Below are positions 30,482-44,620 of a DNA stretch of 64,000 bases, piece by piece (position 1 is the first letter of the stretch; each line of letters opens with the position of its first letter). Origin of the DNA: the human T2T-CHM13v2.0 reference genome, Homo sapiens; NCBI RefSeq assembly GCF_009914755.1, contig NC_060934.1; one strand, given 5' to 3'. Made by a program: the position numbers and the translations under genes. A model generated the notes under the pieces. It was not told the DNA's origin. It saw nothing but the letters and a program-made list of their open reading frames with translations, and did not search any database.

Positions 30482-31544
30482 AAGCCCAACGGCTCTGCAG
30501 AAGAAATGCAAGAGGACCATGCGTCCCTTGAAAAATTATGAAATTTAGCATGGAGATGCAAATGTACATATTTCTGAGGAGACAGTCTTGTTTTTGTCAG
30601 CATCTCAAAACATTATGTAACTTAAAAATGTTTAGAAACAATTGTTGGAATTTTGATTTTTATGTATTCTAAAGCCAAATAAATGTGAGGAAAAGTATAT
30701 TTCAGTGCATACATATTACCGGGGATACTCACAAACTGTGGGCATAAATTGGGTCACATTAATAGTACATTCTGATTCTTGAATCCTCACTTGAACCAGG
30801 ATTTGTAGAAGCTCTAATTTTTTTTTTTTACTATTTCATTAATTTTTGAGAGGAATTATTTCTCATGTCCAAATAGAGTTAATCCTTGAGAGTTTGACCT
30901 CATATCCAAAAGATGAAGGTAAATGTTATGGTTTTACACCTCATGGTTCAAATGAAATGTAGAAGGGACTTACTTACTAAGCCAATTTGAGGTGCGCTTT
31001 ACTGGGTACCGTGTATAAAGGGTGGAAGTTTCTGAGGCTGATTTTGACACGTACTCTTTGCTCCCACCTCTTTCCTTCAGGTTAGGGAATGTTTTTGTTT
31101 TTACAGCTTCAAGCCTTTTTTTTTTCCTTATTCTTGTGTTATTGTTTTTATTTTGTACCATTTTATTGGTTTGGTTGGTTTTTTAGCTGTTTTGGTTTTT
31201 ACAGTTTTTACACATGGTATATGAATGTGTAGGGCCACAGGTTGATTTTCATTCACTTTTTTATTAGAAAGCTTTTTCTTAATGTTTATTCTACTTGACC
31301 TGTTGCTTTTCTGTATTTTAATATTAATTTATAGATAGTGTACATTAAGGGAGATCAATTTTCTTCATTTTAAGAAATCCAGATACTTCAGATCCTACTT
31401 CTTTATGTACTCAGATGACAAAAATCCATTTTCTAAGGTCACAGAGTTCCTGAATAGAAGCGTCTAAAGAGAAATCTCTCAAGATCAGCACCTTGAAGTG
31501 GGCAGACACACTGGCACACTTGGACTCCCATCTCTCTCTCTCTC

Positions 31545-31842
<298 letters not shown>

Positions 31843-33230
31843 CCCTCCCATCTCTTTTATCATGTTTCTGATGCTCTCCATGGGCTGGGGATTGCTAAGG
31901 TGGTAAGGGTGTTGTAAAATTCTGCAGTGGGGAAGAACTGCACTTATTTAATATTTGCTCAAAATGTCGCTCTTTGAGCTGACTTGGGAAGTGACTTTGC
32001 CTGCTTCCAAAATGACAGTTATGACCTTATAAAGTTCCCCAGGAATTTGAGAGCCAAATTTAATTATATTTTCTCTGCAATGTACTCAGTACCCAAGGCT
32101 GCAGCTGCAGAAAGCTAAAAAATAAAAGGAATAAAATAAAAAGGAATGGGTGGGGGATTGAACCAATCAGTTTATTGCCATAAACTCTCTCCTAAAAAAG
32201 TCTCTACAGTATTCACAAGCATATTAATCTAATGCGGGAGTTGATCTTACCTGAACATATTACAGCAAAGTAATATGGTATCTGACAGATGGTATTTGAC
32301 AGATGGTATCTGTCAAACTCATAATGACATCATTGGGAATTATTCTGAATTTTAAATCCAGAAGATAACTTTTTAAAAAGACAGTTCACAGAGATTGATG
32401 TAATTGCTTCCTGTTAGTAGGTTAGGCTTCATCTTTGATGGAGAAGAGGACATCGAAGTGTTATATATTTTCCCATGTAGTCATAATGCTAAACAGCAAA
32501 TTAAAATATCTGAATCTCAGTTCTGGCCTTGCCACAGTCTAGCTAGGCAATGTGGGGCAAGTCATTTAATGTGTCTTCACATTTCTGAAAATGAAAGCTG
32601 AATGAGATCTTTTTTTCTGGCTATATAACATTTACAAATCCTAAAATGTCAGTGATGGGAGCCCATATTCTTTTCTGAAATCTCATCTTGCCTACCTTGA
32701 GGGAGAACTCATGGGGTGCTGAAGACACAGGGCTCTGCAGAGTGTTGGATAAGTGTTTTCTCTGCTCTTCTAATTAGGTCAAATGGCTCCTCTAGCTGGC
32801 ATCAGATTAGCTGTGTTAGTGACATTCACACTGGTCCAGATAAGGATGCAGACTTACCTCTTCACACCCATGCAACCAGCCCAAAGTGGAGGAGGCTGAG
32901 TCATGTGGGAAGATATGTTCTGACAGACTTATCTTTCTGGTTTCAGCATCTGGCTCCTTCACCCACCACATTCCAAAAGTCTGCATATTGGTGTGGCTGC
33001 TGTTAGCTCAACCCTGAAGAATTGATGTAATAGAGAAATATTTCACTTTAAGTAATATTTTTTTAACTTTTAACACATTCTTTACTTAAAACGACAAATA
33101 AATCAACCCTCCTGACCTGCTCAATCATTAGTATGCTAAGGGATTGTTCACATTTGCCTCACATTCAGTTGAACTGAGACATTTAGTTCATGAAAATAAC
33201 TAGGCTGCAACCCATTATTTTAAACAATAG

Positions 33231-34115
33231 CTTTGTAGATTCTGGATATTATCCCTTAAACAACCCCATCAAAAAGTGGGCGAAGGATATGAACAGACAC
33301 TTCTCAAAAGAAGACACTTATGCAGCCAACAGACACATGAAAAAATGCTCATCATCACTGGCCATCAGAGAAATGCAAATCAAAACCACAATGAGATATC
33401 ATCTCACACCAGTTAGAATGGGGATCATTAAAAAGTCAGGAAACAACAGGTGCTGGAGAGGATGTGGAGAAATAGGAACACTTACACTGTTGGTGGGACT
33501 GTAAACTAGTTCAACCATTGTGGAAGACAGTGTGGCGATTCCTCAGGGATCTAGAACTAGAAATACCATTTGACCCAGCCATCCCATTACTGGGTATATA
33601 CCCAAAGGAATATAAATCGTGCTGCTATAAAGACACATGCACATGTATGTTTATTGCAGCACTGTTCACAATAGCAAAGACTTGGAACCAACTCAAGTGT
33701 CCAACAATGATAGACTGGATTAAGAAAATGTGGCACCTATACACCATGGAATACTATGCAGCCATAAAAAAGGATGCATTCATGTCCTTTGTAGGGACAT
33801 GGATGAAGCTGGAAACCATCATTCTCAGCAGACTATCACAAGGACAAAAAGCCAAACACTGCATGTTCTCACTCATAGGTGGGAATTGAACAATGAGAAC
33901 ACTTGGACACAGGAAGGGGAATATCACACACCGGGGTCTGTCGTGGGGTGGGGGAAGTGGGGAGGGATAGCATTAGGAGATATACCTAATGTAAATGACA
34001 AGTTAATGGGTGCAGCACACCAACATGGCACTTATATACTTACATAACAAACCTGCACGTTGTGCACATGTACCCTAGAACTTAAAATATAATAAATATA
34101 TATAAAAAACTAAAA
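33231..34115 (+). mobile_element. L1PA 3' fragment with short 5' inversion
   Basis: ORF2 C-terminus ([19 protein letters not shown]...HCMFSLIGGN), G-rich 3'UTR, AATAAA and tail. TSD ta(a/c)acaatagct at 33221-33232 and 34116-34127. Confidence 0.95.
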
Positions 34116-34842
34116 TACACAATAGCTGATGATTTATTTACTAGATAATCCATCTAGTCATATCCCAGTGATTAACTAGTGATTACAACTTAAAATAAAA
34201 ATTTTGTGTATATCTATTTAATTGAACTAGACGAAATGGGCTAAACATGGAAGATTCATTTTCTTCTAATCAATGTTCTCACCCATCCCTAAAAGTAGAA
34301 AATGTCCATAAAATTTTAGATATTTTAAATAAAAGCACTTATCACAACACTTATCTTTAACCAAAAAACAGTGATCATTGAAGACCCAGAATATGACTAT
34401 AGAAACTTTCAGTGCTTTCTGTAGACTCCATCTTTTGCTATCTATCAAAGAAAGATAAAATCTAGGAGTGGAAGGAAAGAGGTTCCCTACACTCCTTATT
34501 ACCTGGTGATAAAGTACAGGGGTTTTAATAGGCTGTATCAAATGCACAAAATTCCAGGTCACATCAAAGAAAGTTCTACACACCTGGAAGTTGAAGGATT
34601 AGGGATTACAAGTTGTGTGAGGGAGGAATGGGAGGAGTCAGATAGTATTGGGACATCCTAGGCAATGTTTCCAGCCTACTTTGTGTTCTTTCCCTACCAA
34701 CTAAGCTTGCCTAATTTGCTTCAGAATTGGAAGAGGGAATTGCAGCAGGAAAATATGTGAAGAGTTTTTAAACCCACAAATTCTTCTTACTTTAGAATTA
34801 GTTGTTACATTGGCAGGAAAAAATAAATGCAGATGTTGGACC

Positions 34843-34989
34843 ATGTTGGAAACCTTGTCAAGACAGTGGATTGTCTCACACAGAATGGAAATGTGGCTTC
34901 TGATTCTGGTGGCGTATATGTTCCAGAGAAATGTGAATTCAGTACATATGCCAACTAAAGCTGTGGACCCAGAAGCATTCATGAATATT
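34843..34989 (+). CDS. LIPM: LIPM coding exon 1 (start, signal-peptide region)
   Basis: accATG TTG GAA...AAT ATT|gtaag. Encodes MLETLSRQWIVSHRMEMWLLILVAYMFQRNVNSVHMPTKAVDPEAFMNI. Confidence 0.93.
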
Positions 34990-36439
34990 GTAAGTTGGGA
35001 TTTCTGGGAAATGAGGTACTTAACATGTTAACGTTTGTATCTGTGTATTATTTACATTATGTATTATATTTATACATGGTGGTGATTCATACTAGAAGAG
35101 CATAGTGATGAAGTAGCAAATTGTACTGGAAAGAATGCTAAACTGGATGTCAGTAGACCTGGGGTCTCCTCACACAAATTTAGTAAACTTGGGCAAATGA
35201 CTTAATCTCTTTGAGCTTCAAACACAATTTAACTTTTCCTTGAACACTTTGGTTCATCCTATGAGTGGAGAAGTAATTAAGGCCTTTTAAGTTCACCCCA
35301 GTCCCTTGATTATTTCCATTTTGTCTGTACCTTTTATTCTTTTATTCTTTTTTTCCATATTGCAAAGGTGTCAGCCTTTGCTTCTTGCTATCAGGGCACA
35401 CACTTCTAGTAGCATCTTATACCATTCTAATCTACTCTTTTTATCCTGTTTCTGGACTGGTACTTTGCTGAATAGCAATAAAAGGACCCCGAGTTAGTGC
35501 TACACAGAACCTCCTACAAGTAAAATGCATAAATGACAGTACATCTCTTTAGTTTTCCCAGGAGGTTTTTTGTTTTTTTTTTTTGGTAGCTTTTCAAATT
35601 CTAAGCTGGGTTTTAGTAATGGTCACCCTATGGTAACACTTATCCCATAGCAGGGATTATGACACAAGCAGAGATACTATTCTATTTCAATTTCATTGCC
35701 CTGTGCAGTAGATAGGATCATTCACATATTTCAAATCTAGATACTGAGATTAAAGAGGTTAAACAAGTTGAACAAGGCCACACCAATGTAATAGCATAGC
35801 TACTATTTAAATTCAGGACTGCCTAAACACAAAGTCTATAATTATAAATACTACGCAATAAACCCTCCCAGGTGAGAAAGAGGAGAGGCTACCTCCAGAT
35901 GAGTAAGACGATCATGTGCAATGTTCATGTTCCAGAGATTTATCTAACAAACTCTCAGAAAATGGAACTTTAACATGTATTTATACCGATTTAAGACCCT
36001 TTCTACAGAAGCTTCCTTATATGGGTTCAAAAACTGAGAGGAAATAGAAATATTCTGTATCTGCATGGTGCTGAATATCAGGTTTCTTTTGACTATTCAA
36101 TGATTAGGTGGTTTGTCTAGGTAGTTAGCACATTGGTGTCAGTCCTCAGGAGTCATCCTTCTGGCCCTGAGACTGTCCCACTTGAATTCCTCTGGTTTGG
36201 AGGTGAGGGGAATCTCTGCAGTGGCAGACAGAGATGATCTTCCTGGGCCCCACCCACTGCGTGTACCCAGCACCTATACACTACTGGGGCTTCAGGAGTC
36301 TGTAGACTAAAGCCCATTGAATTGGGCTCTGCCTTTAAGCAGCTATGCCTGGAAAAAAACAAAGTAAAATAGAAAATTCGTACGATTGGTGTAAATTCAA
36401 CAAAATAGAATAAAAGTAGTTGCAAGTTTGAACTGGTTC

Positions 36440-36954
36440 TGAGGTAGGAGAAGGGCAGGACTTACTTTCTGGTCCCAACAGGATACAGTGAATAAACAAG
36501 CACAAACCAGCAGGTGGTGAAAAAAAAACAGCAAGAACCAGCAGTGGCCTGGAAGGCATCCTTTAGTTGCCCCGGCTGCTCATTAGCATAAGACACTCCT
36601 ACCAGAACCATGACAGTTTACAAATGTCATAGCAATGACCCACGAGTTAGTACCCCTTTCCATGGCAATGGCCCAGAAGTTACTGTCCCGTTTCTGGAGA
36701 TTTCTGAATAACCTGCCCCTTAATTTGCATGAAATTAATAGTTATAAGTAGGCATAAATACAGCTGCCAATAGCCCATACACTGCTGACTCTGGGAGCAC
36801 TGCCTATGAATTAGCTCTGCTTTTCAAGGAGCAGTACCATTCAGTAAAAGATTACTGTCTAGTATTACCGGCTCGCCCTTGAATTCTTTCCTGGGCAAAG
36901 CCAAGAACCTTCCCAGGGTAAGCCCCAATTTTGGAGCTTGTCTGTCCTGCATTG
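36440..36954 (+). mobile_element. MER41-family (ERV1) solo LTR in LIPM intron 1
   Basis: tgaggtaggag start; cattagcat..agacactcc.accag..ccatgacagtttacaaatg; ggctcgcccttgaattctttcctgggc.aagccaagaacc end. Confidence 0.8.
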
Positions 36955-37699
36955 ATTTGACTCTGTATATTCATGCATATGGATTATGGTCTATCTTATA
37001 CTTTGATGAATAACTGGCCTTATGCATGTATTTTTTAAGCAAGTGTTTACTGAGCACCTACTAGGTCCATGATATTGTGTTATGTACTAAGGTTAGACAG
37101 ATCTAAGAATATTAAAAGCCCTGACTTTATGGAGCTTATAGTCCAGCAGGAAGGACAGATCATCAATTAGTCATTATAAAAGCAATGAAATAAAAGAAGA
37201 AAACATAAAATAGGGGGAACTAATCCAGAAAGCTTTGCTGAAGAAGGGTTTCAAAGCCTGAAATCTGAAAGATAAATGGCAGTTGCTTGAGAGGGTGGTA
37301 GCAAAAAGGTCAGCACATAGGACAGCTGGAGCAGCTAAGAACATGCCAGATTCAAGGAGCTGAAAGCAGCTTATATCTGGATGGTCTTTTAAACATTGAC
37401 TTTTTTATACTATTACAAAAGCAATATATGCTCATTATAGAAAATTTAAAAAATACAAAAGAAGGCAATAGTCACCAATGTACTCTGCACCAAGAACTGC
37501 TTTGTCATGCCTTTATCTTCATTCTAAATCTGTGAGGTTTTGTTTTCTTAAGAAGAAATGTCATGCACAATTTACTATTTTCCAACGTTTTTTCTGCTAA
37601 ACAATGTATATCATGAAGAATTTCCCAACGTTTTAAATACCCTTCTACAACATCATTTCACCTTGCTGCATTATGTTCCATTTTTTTAAATAAGTATTT

Positions 37700-38085
37700 G
37701 CCCCAGGTTGGATTTTCTGGGGGACAGACTCTGAGGCAGAATTCATACAATAATGTTTATTAAGGAGAATCATCATCATCGCCTGTGGAAAGGAAGTAGA
37801 GAATCAGGAGTAAGGAAAGAGATAAATCAAACTGTGATACAGACTTCAAAACAGCCAGACTCAACTCCATGAGGAGCTATGGAGCTAAAACTGCTCTTCA
37901 GAGATGTCCTACGTTGGGCTGAGATGACCAGGCCTTTAGACCGCAAACAGGTCAGTCACTGGATGTGGCAGGAAGGGACGTGAACTTGGAGGAAGTGGCT
38001 TTCTACAGCTAAGGCCATTCCTACAGAAAATGACAGCCAAGGGTGATCTGTTGACAGCACTTCCAGTGGATGGGACCAGTCCTTT
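37700..38085. mobile_element. Old ERVL-type LTR fragment (LTR33/LTR41-like)
   Basis: cagactctgag...tttatt...cctgtggaaagg...ttcagagatgtcc. Related to the copy at 47850-48235. Subfamily uncertain. Confidence 0.5.
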
Positions 38086-38450
38086 ATTGCCTGCATAAAT
38101 TTTCCTGCCAAGTATAGCATGTTGACCATCTTGCCACCTGTAGACAATGTTTGCAGCATTTGCAGTTCTTTTTCTTCTCAGATGTCCATGTCCCTATCCC
38201 TACCTCCTTGGCTCTTTTGAGCAACTTCTATTCAATCCTCAAGGCCCAGTTCAAATTCTTCCTCCATAAGACCTTGCCTGTCCAGCCCTGCTCATTTTGC
38301 TCCTCCTGCTCAGAATTCCTTTGCTCCTTCCTTCACTCTCATCCTTCATCCCTCATCTGACACATTACACATATCCTCTCAATAACTACTTGTCAGATGT
38401 CCTCCATTCTCATGTTTTTATATATATTTATCTCCCCAAATAGTTGACAA

Positions 38451-38933
<483 letters not shown>

Positions 38934-39860
38934 TATACATTTTTTTAAGGTTAAGTATACAATGGTGTCTCACACACATACATGCACACATATACACTGC
39001 ATTCCATAATATTCGGTTAATTGAGTTTTAATTATAGTGGTAGTTAATGCTTATTGAGTTCCTACTATGTGCTGGGAATTACAGTTAGTGTTATATGTGC
39101 ATTATCTTTTTGCATTTATTGCAACAGTCCCATGGAGTATGAACCATTAGAATTCCTAATTTACAGATGCATGAACTGAAGCATAGGAGCAGTTTAACTA
39201 AATTTCTCAAGATTATACAGCTAGTTTATGTAATAGTGTTAGAACCAGTGTTAAAACTCAAACAGTGGGACCCAGGAGCTTTCTCCTAATGACTATGCTT
39301 TGTTTTTGCCCTATATTCTACCTGGGCATGTGATGTTTGGCCTTCTCTCTTGCTCTTTTTTAAAGCAGCCCCTGATGCAAATGGTTCTCTCCTTCTCTCT
39401 GAGTGATAACAATGGGCAAGAATAGTGAGGATGCTTAGAAGATATTTGCAGCTACAAATTTTCCAAAGAATGTCTACATGTAACTACTGTATAGAGTAAG
39501 GATTCTTAACCAGGGGTTCGTATGTAGGCAACAAGATATCTGAAACTCCTGAAATTGAATGCAAAACCATGTTTTTGTATCCATTGTATATCCATTTTTA
39601 TAGTTCTCCTCAAATTCACAGAGGGAACTTTAACCTGAAAATGTTAGGAATCAATGCTCTTGAGTCTGTGGTTTTAGAACTGGAAAGAACCTTAGGAAAT
39701 GCATGGCCCAGGAATGCTCATAAGTTGTCCTGGAACAGGTGCCCCACTGGCTGCTTTAGAACCATCTTATCTGTAACCTGAAGTGGGCTCAAGACTCTGT
39801 ATGTTTCAATGCCCAGAAGATTCTGATGCACAACGAGGTTTTGGAATCAATGTTCTGATC

Positions 39861-40040
39861 CAGTGGTTCTCAAACATTAGGGTACATCAAAATTCCCTAA
39901 AGAGCTTGAGACACAAACTGCTGGGCCCAGTCCTCTGAGTTCCTGATTCAGTAGGTTTGGTTGGAATTTGCATATCTAACAGATTAGTCCAAGTGATGCT
40001 GATGCCTTTGTCCCAAGGCCCATACTTTGAGAACCATAAT
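39861..40040. mobile_element. MER5A MITE
   Basis: cagtggttctcaaac...tgattcagtagg...gaatttgcatatctaaca...ctttgagaacca terminal inverted repeats. Confidence 0.8.
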
Positions 40041-40242
40041 TCTATTCCGGTTTCCATATTAAGACAAAGAAAGTAAGGACTAGAGAGGGTTAGCAGATTT
40101 TTCTAAGGTAACATGATTAGCTAGGGAAAAGCAAGGACTTTCACTGTGTTTTACAGCATCAAGGAATCTACTCTTACTTTTGGATCATTGAGAATATGGC
40201 CACAGAGAACTGAACCTAAAAGAAATTGTGCTTTTTCCATAG

Positions 40243-40360
40243 AGTGAAATCATCCAACATCAAGGCTATCCCTGTGAGGAATATGAAGTCGCAACTGAAG
40301 ATGGGTATATCCTTTCTGTTAACAGGATTCCTCGAGGCCTAGTGCAACCTAAGAAGACAG
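40243..40360 (+). CDS. LIPM: LIPM coding exon 2 (118 nt)
   Basis: ttccatag|AGT GAA ATC...ACA G|gtgtg. Encodes [39 protein letters not shown]. Confidence 0.95.
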
Positions 40361-40856
40361 GTGTGGGTCACCCCATGTCACCGCAACACAGCAGTCTTCT
40401 CTGCAGTCACGATTTCCTTGTGATTTGAATGTAGAAGAGAGCCTGGGTTCTTAGTGCAGAGTGAGGTCCATTGTTCAGGTCAAAGGATGGTGTCAGTTCC
40501 CCCATAGTCTCCATCACCACCACCGTGTCCGTCCCCACTGCCACCAATTATCTCAATTAAACATACAGTGTTTGCTTTTCAAAACACTCCTTCAAGAAAA
40601 GTTCATTTCTTGACTTATTTTAGCGCTTAACCCATTCCCCAAAACTCCTCCTATGTAGACATTCTAAAATATTTACTGACAATTCCTTGAACAGACCATA
40701 TCAACCTCTGATTATGAAGAATTCAAGCTTCTTTATGGCACCTGGTACCCGCTCCTGTATACTCTGTATTCCTCATCTAAAGAGCACTTAAAATATTTAA
40801 GATGTTGCCTAGCTTTTTACTAAGGGCTTTTGAAAAACGAAAGTTCTATACATACA

Positions 40857-41364
<508 letters not shown>

Positions 41365-41759
41365 TAGTAGCAACTATATTGTCTTTCTTGTGTATAGGTA
41401 ATATAATTTCTTGTGTTATTTTGATATGCCAGATACACTGATAAGTGCTTTATTTGTATTAGTCTCATTTAATTTTCACAATTACCCTAAGAAACTGCTA
41501 CTCACATATGTTAAGCAACTTGCCCAAAACGTCTGTGCTAGTGCTTGCTAGTGAGTTGTAAAACCTGCACTCAAATCAAATCTGTCTCTCTGCCATTATA
41601 GCCCGTGTTCTTAACTAGGACCAGAAAATGCTGGACAAATGCTATTGGGCTTTGGTGTAAAGAAACGTTGGGGTTCTGTTTTACTCCAATTTGTACTTGT
41701 GTAGCTTTTTGAAACCACCTTTTTTTTTCTCACTAGCTGCACAGCTGCGCCTTATACAT

Positions 41760-42140
41760 GTCTAGCGTGCACCTGCCTTAGTGTCTTTGAACTTAAATTT
41801 CTCCCTCTGGACCACTGTTTCATCAGATGTCTATGCAGCTTGCCTTGGCCCTTCTTTCAGCCAACTTTATCAGAGTTCTTCCCTGGCCACCCTATTCAAA
41901 ATTGCAGCTCTTTGCTACCTATTGAGTTCTAGCCCCTTACCCTGCTTACTTTTCCATATAGCACTTACCATCACCTGATATAATAGATATTTGCATGTTT
42001 GTCTATTGTCTGTCTCCCCCCAGTCAGAGTGTAAACTCAGTGAGAGCAGAGACATCATTTGTTTTGCTCAAGGCTAGAACCAGTAACTAAATGAGTGCTG
42101 AGCACATTCTGGTGCTAATAAATATTTGCGGGATGAATTA
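41760..42140. mobile_element. L2 3' fragment
   Basis: ttccctggccaccctattcaaaattgca...tagcacttaccatcacctga...gtaaactc.gtgagagcagaga...aataaatatttg. Confidence 0.7.
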
Positions 42141-43549
42141 TAGATTTTGTATAAATAAATGAATAGCCTGGGGACACAGCCCCACGAATCTCAGGGGAGT
42201 GGTAAAAGCACAGTTCTTCCAAGCAGTCGAGTGACTTAGCAATTACTAAGCATGGGGGTCACCTGCAGCCCCTATTCTATGGATGGAATTTGTTTTCTTA
42301 CATCCTGTTGATTCAGACTGTTCACACATTGCCCAGGTGTTTGAGGTTCAAGGAATCTGCCTCCTTGTTCCAGTCCGTGCAGAATACTTCCCTCTAGTGG
42401 CCAATGTTGTTGGCATGTGCCTCTTCAGAGGCAATCTCCCATATCAAAAAAAAAAAAAAAATTCACCAACCAAGAAAGCCAATGAAATTCTTATTGAAAA
42501 CAACTGAAAAATGTTTACTGTAAAGCTTATAGCTTGTGGTAGCGGCCTTTTTATCTTTATCAAAGAATCTTAGTTGGCTTCAATATCAAGAGAGAAAATA
42601 GGCTGGGCCATCCTCAGAAATGACAGCTGTGTAAGTGTAGCCCTTACACACTTACCTGCTGGGTGTAAATTAAATAGAAGACCTAGGGGATGTTTGAAAT
42701 GATATAAATGAGCCATTCCTCTTGTTAGGGGAATCACAAGAACAAACTATATGACTAAGTAGAACCAAGGTGACCTTAACCATGGGAAATGCCCGGACTC
42801 TCAAGGGGAGCATTGATCACCTTGGTTTGATTGTCCTGTGTTAACACAGCTGAGGTCACCTCCCTGAGAACTAAGAGGATGAACTAAATGACCAGATTAG
42901 ATTTTCAAGGAAAATCTAAAATAACACTGAGTTCCTTCCTCCTGGCCCTTCACTCACAGTCCACAGTGACCCACACGTTCTCTCCCTTGAGAGACAAAAT
43001 GAGGCAGATGGAATTCATGAAGACTGTCAAGATGCTGGATGAGTTTGGTGTAGAAGGGCTTTTGTCCTACAGGGAGACTGCATGTGTGTTTGGTGCCCGT
43101 TTATAGCAATAACAACAAGAGCTACCCATCTGATCTGAGGTCGGGCAGCATGCTGAGTGCTTAATGCACAGTACCGCATTTAACCCTCCCCTGCCAAAAC
43201 CCTGTGAGGTGGGCAATTGTCCTCATTTTGCTAATGAGAACACTGAAGCTCAGAAAGTCACTTGCTTTAGAGAATTATAACAATAATAATGAAAGCAATA
43301 AGGCTGTTTTTTACTGCAGGCTTCTTCTGAGCCAATACTGAGGTGTGGATATTGCATTCATGATTTGATTTAATTCTCACAAGTCCTGTTGAGGGCATGA
43401 CATATTTTTTACTCCTAATAGGGCAGCACCTTGTTAATCTTTCAGCCAAATTTGCTAATGTCAAAATAATATATATGCCTTAATTTATTGAACATATTAG
43501 AATTCTTAAAACCCTTCATCCTTCTCTATTCTCTACTGATATTCTTATA

Positions 43550-44620
43550 ATTCTTTATTTTGATATAATTTCCAATTTATGGAAAAGTCCTGGGAATAGT
43601 ACAAGGGACTTCCATATGCCCTTTGCCCTGATTTACCAACTGTTTACAGTTTTACCCCATTTATTTTATCATTATCTCTCCCCCATCTCTTACGTGTATC
43701 TTAATACTTTTTCCAAAACCTTTGATGGTAAATTTGAGACATACATCATGCCTATTTGCCCCTAAGTACTTCAGTGAGTATTTTCTAAGAACAAGAGTAT
43801 TCTCTTCTATAACTGCAATACCTTTATCAAAGTTAGAAAACAAACATTGACATTAGTGTTTAATTCGTAGTCTATATCCAAATTTTGTCAATTGTCCCAA
43901 AGTCCTTTACAGCTGTTTTCCCTCCTCTGGTCCATAATCTAATCCAGGATCATTTACTATACATTTGGCCACCAAGTCTGTCTCCTTCATAAACAAACAA
44001 TTCCTAAGGTTTTGTCTTTTTGATTTTTGCATTTTTGAAGAGTTTTGGACAGGGATTTAATTTGCTTTATCTGATGTTTCTTCATGGTGTGATTCAAGTT
44101 ATATGTTTTTGGCAGGAATAACCCAAAAGTGAAGTTATATCTTTCTTGGTTCATCATATTATGAAGCAAATAATGTTGGCTTGTTCCAATACTGATAATA
44201 ACTTTAATGACTTCATTAAGGTGGTATCTGCCAGGTTTTTCTAAAGTTAGTATTTTTCCTTTTGTAATTAACAAATAAGTTATGGGAAGATAATTTCAGG
44301 ATATGTAGTATTCTGTCTTTAAATTTTACTCACTAATTTTAACATTCACTGATAATTTCAATCTTTCTGAATTTGTTAGTGGGTATTGTACTGTAAATCA
44401 ATGTTTTGTATTTACTAATTGGCATTCTGTAAATAAGAGCTTTTCCTTCCAATTATTTATTTGTTCATTTATTTATTGGTCTCTATATGGACTTGAACAT
44501 TCTTAATTTATTCAATGGGATATAATTATTTACTATAATTATTTTGATGCTCAATATTTCTGTATTTGAACAGTGGGAGCTCCTTCAAGCTGGCTTGTGG
44601 GTCCTTTTGACATGAAGGTC
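43550..44620 (-). mobile_element. Old L1M 3'UTR fragment
   Basis: T-rich antisense L1M motifs (cccctaagtacttcagtg; ttaaggtggtatctgccagg; gggagctccttcaagctggct). Confidence 0.65.

Noticed and set aside
33190-33889. ORFs encoding an L1 ORF2 C-terminus
   Set aside because: Truncated, frameshifted L1 fragment, not a gene.
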